This document shows positions 54,709-64,000 of a DNA stretch of 64,000 nucleotides, piece by piece (within the stretch, counting starts at the first letter, position 1; each line of letters starts with the position of its first letter). The stretch is from Eledone cirrhosa. Lineage: Eukaryota. The notes under the pieces were generated by a model. That model saw nothing but the letters and a program-made list of their open reading frames with translations. It had not been told where the DNA came from and made no database searches. A program made the position numbers and the translations under genes. Location of the stretch: positions 49,042,001-49,106,000 of the forward strand of contig OZ024747.1 of NCBI GenBank assembly GCA_964016885.1, in the 5' to 3' direction.

Positions 54709-54806
54709 ATACATATATATATATAGTGCAAATTTATACGGGAACAAAACAGAGAGGCAAACAAATAAAGGTTTATTAGGTTCACGCTTTTGAGAGTGAG
54801 GGGGGC

Positions 54807-54834
54807 GACGTTTCGGGCATAAGCCCTTCTTCAG
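54807..54834 (-). ncRNA. Minimal Penelope-type hammerhead lacking helix III
   Basis: Minus strand CTGAAGA-AGGGCTTATGCCC-GAAACGTC. Homologous copy at 63498-63525. Confidence 0.75.
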
Positions 54835-55094
54835 GTGATAAATAGGTTAGGAAGAGAGTTCAGAGGGTGTGTGGAAATACATTTAGAAAAAAGGGGGAAG
54901 GAGAACAAATAAAAATAAAAATAAACGTAAAATTAAACATAAGAATAAACAATAAGATGAACAAGTGGTGGAAGGGTGTGAGGCGTGTAAGGGTCGTGGC
55001 GGGTGGGGTTGGGAGAGGGAGGCGGAGGGGTCGAAGCGGGGAAGTCTGAAGGTGGTGTTTGTGTATGTGTGTAGGTGTACCTGAATGTGTGTGC

Positions 55095-55134
<40 letters not shown>

Positions 55135-55269
55135 TGTATATAATTTCTACGTTATAGTGTTTACGAGATCTTAATATCTATGGAGTTATCTGTGTGTGCG
55201 TATATGTGTGTGTGTGTGTGCGTATATGTGTGTGTGCATATACACATACATATACGCACACACAGATAA

Positions 55270-55357
<88 letters not shown>

Positions 55358-55436
55358 ATATATATATGTATATATATATATATATATATGTCTGTGTGAG
55401 TGTGTTTGTGAGTGTGTGCTTGTGTATATGTGTATC

Positions 55437-55475
<39 letters not shown>

Positions 55476-55566
55476 CTGTATACGTCTCTGTATGTGTATG
55501 TATGTTTATGTAAATATGTATATGTCTGTGTGTGTGTGTGTGCATGCGTGTGTGTCTGTGTGTGTG

Positions 55567-55604
<38 letters not shown>

Positions 55605-55607
55605 CGT

Positions 55608-55799
55608 ACGTTATTCCGGGTTGAATCGGAGGTAACCACAGTAAGTAAGGTACTCAATACATTGCAGAGTATAAAAGTTTTAATAAGATGAGATTCTACA
55701 GGACTAGAACTGTTTCATTCTTTAGAAATCATCAGGAATCACTGATGATTTCTAAAGAATGAAACAGTTCTAGTCCTGTAGAATCTCATCTTATTAAAA
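55608..55799 (-). mobile_element. Hammerhead element with 58-bp fold-back (55678-55735/55742-55799)
   Basis: Homologous to 52352-52486 and flanked by (TA)n. Confidence 0.85.
55692..55740 (-). ncRNA. Type I hammerhead, intact core
   Basis: Minus strand GATTC-CTGATGA-TTTCTAAAGAAT-GAAACAG-TTCTAGTC-CTGTA^GAATC. Confidence 0.85.
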
Positions 55800-55826
55800 T
55801 ATATATATTATATATAGATGTGTGTA

Positions 55827-55911
<85 letters not shown>

Positions 55912-55924
55912 ATGCATGTGTGTC

Positions 55925-55968
<44 letters not shown>

Positions 55969-56020
55969 TGTGTGTATGTATGTTTATGTAAATATGTATA
56001 TGTCTGTGTGTGTGTGTATC

Positions 56021-56109
<89 letters not shown>

Positions 56110-56274
56110 ATGTATGTTTATGTAAATATGTATTTGTTTGTGTGTGCGTGTGTATGTGTGTCAGTGTCAGTGTGTTTCTCACTATATAGGCATATCCTCA
56201 TTCTCTACACCAGAAATAATATCACTATATACACTAAAAAGGTATGTTTAGAACCGAATACCATATCAGTTAAT

Positions 56275-56315
<41 letters not shown>

Positions 56316-56475
56316 GGGATATAGATAGATATCACATGTATTTTCATCTCCCTTCTCATTATATATACATATTTCTACATTTATCAATCATTCTTTTATC
56401 TCTCCCTCTCTCTTATTCTCTCATTCTCTTTACATATATGTATATATATATATATAAACACGTGCACATTATATA

Positions 56476-56581
<106 letters not shown>

Positions 56582-56626
56582 CATATATATATGTATATAT
56601 ATGCATATATATGTATATATATATAA

Positions 56627-56932
<306 letters not shown>

Positions 56933-56933
56933 T

Positions 56934-56982
<49 letters not shown>

Positions 56983-57036
56983 CGTTTCTGAATTTGTTTA
57001 GCAAGATTCTTTATCTGAAATCGTGTGTTGAAACCG

Positions 57037-57568
<532 letters not shown>

Positions 57569-57769
57569 GTATATATGTATATATATATATGAAAAGGAAG
57601 TAAGGTTCTATACAAAACAGTGGTTATAGAGAAGAAAAGTAGAAATTGGAAACAGCGCGGAAAATATGTCTAAGGGTCTGTTTTTCATTTTGTTTCTTTC
57701 TTTGATTCGTCACTTTGAAAAAGTGAGGGACAATTCTTTTAAGAAAGAGTTTTATAATGTATATAAAAA

Positions 57770-57832
<63 letters not shown>

Positions 57833-57965
57833 AAAGTTAAACAAGGTTCAATGAATACCATCAAAGAATGAGTTTTACAATAGATTAGAAGCACTCAACC
57901 AGAAAGGTTTTCCAGAGTTATTAATATTAATTCAAAATATTAACAAAATAGATATTCTTGTGATC

Positions 57966-58029
<64 letters not shown>

Positions 58030-58202
58030 GTACATAAAAACTCTCACTCTCTCTATATATACGTACATAAAATGTCTTTCTCTCTATATATATATACGTA
58101 CATATATATATAGATACCTACCTGCCTATATACATACTTACATACATATATACATACTTACATACATATATACATACATATATCTATATATATATACATA
58201 TA

Positions 58203-58410
58203 TAGATAAATCTAGCAAAATATACGGTAGTGTCCAATCCGGATGAAGAACTCAATGTATATTTCCTCTGATAGTTTGTAAAATGCTTACATAGATCTAT
58301 ATGATATACATACCAACACACATATTTCTCCTAGAAACGATCGTAAAATGATGAATTTTTTAATATAAAGAACTTGTTCTTTGTTTTTATTCATTGTTTT
58401 TATTAATTTA
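58203..58410. mobile_element. Rearranged homologue of the 27552-28088 element with hammerhead 3' half
   Basis: 58203-58260 is the reverse complement of about 28030-28089. CCTAGAAACGATCGTAAAAT matches 27878-27898. Confidence 0.7.
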
Positions 58411-59454
58411 TATATATACATATATACATATATACATACATACAAACATACATATATAGATACATATATAGATACCTACCTATCTATATACATACTTACA
58501 TACATATATATATATATATACTTACATACATATATACATATATACATATATACATGCATATATACATACATACATAGACATATAAACATACATACATATA
58601 TACATACATATATATAAACATACATACATATATACATACATACATACATATATACATACATACATAGACATATACTTACAACATACATATATGCATACAT
58701 ACATAGATATATACATACAACATACATATATACATACATATAAACATACATATATACATACATAGACATATAAACATACATACATATATACATACATACA
58801 TATAAACATACATACATATAGACATACATATACTCATACATACATAGACATACTTACAACATACATATATACATACATACATAGACATATACATACAACA
58901 TACATATATACATACATATAAACATACATATATGCATACATACATACACATATAAACATACAAACATACATACAAACATAGATACATACATACGTACATA
59001 CATACATAAATACATACATACATATATACACAAACATACATACAAACATAGATACATACATACGTACATACATACATAAATACATACATACATACATATA
59101 TACACATATAAACATACAAACATACATACAAACATAGATACATACATACATACGTACATACATACATACATACATACATACATACAAACATAGATCATAC
59201 ATACGTACATACATACATACATAAATACATACATACATACATACATACATACATACATACATACATACAGACAGACAGACAGACATACATACATACATAC
59301 ATACATATATACACATATAAACATACAAACAAACATACAAACATAGATACATCCATACATACTTACATACATAGATAAATACATACATACATATATACAC
59401 ATATAAACATACAAACATACATACAAACATAGATACATACATACGTACATATAT

Positions 59455-59750
59455 GGTGGCTGCCAACTCGTTTTCGAGTACGGCCACAACTTTATATCCA
59501 TGTAGGAGAACCCCTGCCGATGCGCTAAACAAGTGTGACTTTTTAGTCCAGCCAGTGACTTGAAAACTCTGGTACAAACACTACACTTGTGACAATTATT
59601 GACACATAGTGCTGGGCTCATGGAACCATGTGACGACAAGTGCAGAGAGATCTCCAGATACAAAGCAATGCCTGTGCCGTGAAGCTTTTATAGTGAGCAA
59701 AGGCACTGCACAAAGCCAGTCCCACTCTCTTAACCAAGATGATATTTACC
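59455..59750 (-). mobile_element. RTE-derived bipartite element, copy 3 (shorter)
   Basis: Near-identical to copies 1 and 2. Confidence 0.85.
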
Positions 59751-59826
59751 ATACATGATATTTACGTACATACATACATGATATTTACCATACATGATAT
59801 TTACGTACATACATACATACATACAT

Positions 59827-60232
59827 GGTGGCTGCCAACTCGTTTTCGAGTACAGCCACTACTTTATATCCATGTAGGAGAACTCCTACCGATGCGCTGA
59901 ACGAATGTGACTTTTTAGTCCAGCCAGTGACTTGAAAACTCTGGTACAAACACTACACTTGTGACAATTATTGACACATAGTGCTGGGCCCATGGTACCA
60001 TGTGATGACAAGTGCAGAGAGATCTCCAGATATAAAGCAATGCCTGTGCCGTGAAGCTTTTATAGTGAGCAAAGGCACTGCACAAAGTCAGTCCCACTCT
60101 CTTAACCAAGATGATATTTACCAAAAAGAAGAACAAGTCAACATCATTGGATACCATCAGGGTTGCAGGTGTTATATCAGAGTTTTCCTTCTCCTAGAAT
60201 TCTGCCTTGACAAAGGCTAAGGGGTCATCTCT
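59827..60232 (-). mobile_element. RTE-derived bipartite element, copy 4
   Basis: Near-identical to copy 2 with the same 5' end point. Confidence 0.85.
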
Positions 60233-60327
60233 ACATAAATACATACATACATACATACATACATACATACATACATACATACATACATACATACATACAT
60301 ACATACAAACATACATACAAACATACA

Positions 60328-60361
<34 letters not shown>

Positions 60362-60749
60362 CACATATAAACATACAAACATACATACAAACATAGATAC
60401 ATACATACGTACATACATACATACATACATACATACATACATACATACATACATACATACATACATACATACATACATACATAGATACATACAAACATAG
60501 ATACATACATACATACATAAATACATACATGCATACATACATACATACATACATACATAAATACATACATGCATACATACATACATACATACATACATAC
60601 ATACATACATACATACATACATACATACATACATACATACATACATACATACATACATACACATATAAACATACAAACATAGATAGTGTGGTATGTCTGT
60701 CTGTGTGTCAATGCGTCTCCTCCATTGGTAAGATTTGAAATGGACCTAC

Positions 60750-60843
60750 CTGGCTTCGACGGTAGCAGCACCAACATCATTAGCAGCAGTAATACACCGA
60801 GGGAGGCCATATAAGGTGGCGATGTTGTAAGTAGCATCCGCAT
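60750..60843 (-). CDS. Probable first coding exon (signal peptide) of a secreted or membrane protein
   Basis: AAAGATG start, MRMLLTTSPPYMASLGVLLLLMMLVLLPSKP, then CCAG|GTAGGT phase-1 donor. Unique non-repetitive island. Confidence 0.6.
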
Positions 60844-60854
60844 CTTTATGTTAG

Positions 60855-60897
<43 letters not shown>

Positions 60898-61049
60898 GGA
60901 GGAAGTGAGGGAGAATAAGGAAGAGAGAAAGTGAAAGTGTTCGTAGGGCTATGTGGATGGATGAAATTGGATAGATAGGAGTGCGTTTGTACCAGGCTGA
61001 CATTCACGCACACACACACATACATACACATGCACACATATATTTACAC

Positions 61050-61080
<31 letters not shown>

Positions 61081-61323
61081 AAGAGAAAGAGAAAGAGGGG
61101 AGAGAGAGTGGGGCGCGGGGTGGGGGATAGAGATCGATAGATAGATAAATAGATAGATAGATGGATAGCTAGATAGATAGGTAGGTAGCAAAAGAGGGGA
61201 AAAACAGAGAATGGCACTCACTTAGGTAAACATATATACAGACAGGCACGCAGAAACTGAGGTGAGTGAACAGATGGATGGTTATATAGACAGACAAACA
61301 AACAGATAGACAGATAGATAGAC

Positions 61324-61388
<65 letters not shown>

Positions 61389-61410
61389 TGTAGGTGTATG
61401 TGAAATGAGT

Positions 61411-61447
<37 letters not shown>

Positions 61448-61764
61448 CGAGGGGGGGAGAAAGGAGAAAAGAAGGTTTGGTTTCCCAGTGAGACTACATT
61501 GCTTCTAGTTTGAACGTCTCAGATAATCCTATGTAATCCAATAGTTCTAGTCCCACCGCTTTTCCAGATTAGTAGCAGTCCAAAGCAATATCAACGTTTT
61601 TCTCTCAATCACCCTCCCTCGTCTCTCTTCCTCTCTGTCACTCTCTCTACCTTTTCTACCTCTTCTTCCTTATCCTTCCCTCTCACTATTAGCATATCTC
61701 TACGAATATGATTTTATATATATTTATATGAAAGGTATAGAAAATATTGTAGCAAAAAGCCAAT

Positions 61765-61796
<32 letters not shown>

Positions 61797-62201
61797 GTGT
61801 GTGTGTGTTCTCCCTCTCTCCCTCATCCTCTCACTCTCTCACTCTCTCACCTTTTCTCTCTTACTCCTTGTACATCTACATATCTCTGCTTCCTTCGCTA
61901 TCTCTTAATACATATACACATATATGCGTGTGCGTGTGCGTGCGTGTGCGTGCGTGTGTGTGTGTGTGTGTGTGTGGAGGAGAGATGGATGTGTGTGTGT
62001 GTGTCCAACGTAATATTGACGTTTTTCTCTCTATGCATATATTCATCTCTCTCTCTCTCTCTCTCTCTCATCTCTCACATGTCTCTCTCTCTCTCTCTCT
62101 CTCACACATATCTTTTTCTCTCTCATCTCTCTCTCTCACACACACACATCTCTCTCTCTCACATGTCCCTCTCGTTCCCTCTGTATTTGAATATATCTCC
62201 G

Positions 62202-62257
<56 letters not shown>

Positions 62258-62505
62258 TGTATGTGTGTACCTGTATGTGTGTAGGTGAGTGTCTGTGTTA
62301 ATCTCAGGAAATGGGTTTAATCACTCAGTGGTGACAACAAACTTCCGCCCCCGCCCCCACTCTACTACCGTTGAATGATGACAGTTGAAGTGGTGGTGGT
62401 GGTGGTGGTTGTAGTGGTGGTGGTGGTGGTGGTGATGGCGGTGATGACAGTTGTAGTGGTGGCGGTGGCGGTGACAGTTGTCCTGTTGATGATGGAACTC
62501 GTCGT

Positions 62506-62548
<43 letters not shown>

Positions 62549-62960
62549 ATACAGACACACTACTGTTATATATACATTCGTACACACAAACGTACACTAC
62601 TGTTATGTACCCGTACACGTATATATATATATAGACATACGTACTTACACACTCATACACATATATACGCATATATATATATATACACATACTCACGCAC
62701 TGCTATACTTACACATACAAACACACATACACACACATACGTACAGATATACACTTACATACATCCACACTGTAATACATTTACACACACTAAGTGGTTT
62801 CATACATACACACACATGTACAGATACACATCCACAAACATACACTGCTTTACATGCACATACACACACTCAGTGATTTCCACACATACACACACATATA
62901 TACACACATAAACATACGTACAGGTACATATTCACACATGTATATTCATTGCTATATATG

Positions 62961-63027
<67 letters not shown>

Positions 63028-63301
63028 GTTTCACTATTTTCACCTCATTCCCTAAGAGTGTCGTCTGCTAGCGAGGCATTTCTCATCCTCTACCTGTCAC
63101 TCATTCTCTCTAATTGTCTCTCTTACTCTCTCTATTCCCCTTCTCTCTCTCACATACTTTTCCTCTCTCTCTCTCTCTCTTCTTCTCTATCTATCTATGC
63201 GTATGTAAATATGTATATAATGTATATAATATATATATGCGTGTGTGTATACGCACACACACACATATATATACACACATACACACACATATATATATAT
63301 G

Positions 63302-63454
<153 letters not shown>

Positions 63455-63497
63455 CCACCTCACTCCTTCTCGGAGTTCCCCCCCCCCTCCCACTCTC

Positions 63498-63525
63498 TTG
63501 ATGAAGTTCTTATGCCCGAAACGTC
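63498..63525 (+). ncRNA. Degenerate minimal Penelope-type hammerhead
   Basis: TTGATGAAGTTCTTATGCCCGAAACGTCG followed by CCCCTCACTCTCA, as in the 54807 copy. Confidence 0.6.
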
Positions 63526-63774
63526 GCAACCACACCCCTCACTCTCACCAAGCGGGAAACTAATAATATTTGTAACATTTACTCGTTTGCTTTTTGTTTT
63601 CTGTTATTCCGAACTCCATATCAAATTAAGAGTAGTTAAGACAGAGTTATTTCACCATAATAGCTTTATTGCATGATATATATTTCTGTTATATGGTTAT
63701 GCATGTGACTTCATCAGATGTTTATATAATCATAGGTGTGGTTACGCAAGCATGGAGATATGACTCTGGTCATG

Positions 63775-64000
63775 TGACATCATTTCACAGTTGGCAATAA
63801 TGTGGCTAACATCTTCGATCTTTGTTTTGCACAACCTACATTTATTGTCAACTAAGGACTTTCCTCTGTAGTGCAGTAGGTATTTGGTAGGGAGGTCTTG
63901 TTTCTAGATTGCAGGGAGGTATCCTTCAAGGTGGGATCTTATTAATGGATCTTTTAACAATGTTGTTACTTTCATGTTTGGATGACACAGTTGCTGACTA
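63775..64000 (-). mobile_element. R4-like LINE fragment (CCHC region)
   Basis: Minus strand SHLEGYLPAI*KQDLPTKYL..DNKCRLCKTKIEDVSHIIANC. Confidence 0.85.

Noticed and set aside
62344-62360. GC box CCGCCCCCGCCCCC as promoter of the minus-strand gene
   Set aside because: A single short motif with no transcription start evidence.

Overview
Eukaryotic, AT-rich and almost entirely repetitive DNA. The SINE families and the very high microsatellite load suggest an octopus or other cephalopod (inference). There is no intact protein-coding gene. The best host-gene signal is a minus-strand signal-peptide exon at 60750-60843, which would make most of the window intronic. The window holds long satellites ((CAY)n about 5 kb, 20-bp, 36-bp, 38-bp about 5 kb and 58-bp units), a degraded Helitron Rep, Tx1/L1-like, R4/Dong-like and RTE-like LINE remnants sitting in particular microsatellites, and tRNA-derived SINEs. 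The most striking hidden structure is a set of short non-coding elements embedded in (TA)n tracts. They carry type I hammerhead ribozyme motifs (about 14 loci, several families, with a compensatory change in stem I of one family), and many are folded into inverted repeats whose axes lie at or inside the ribozyme. All alignments and folds were read by eye, so boundaries are approximate.
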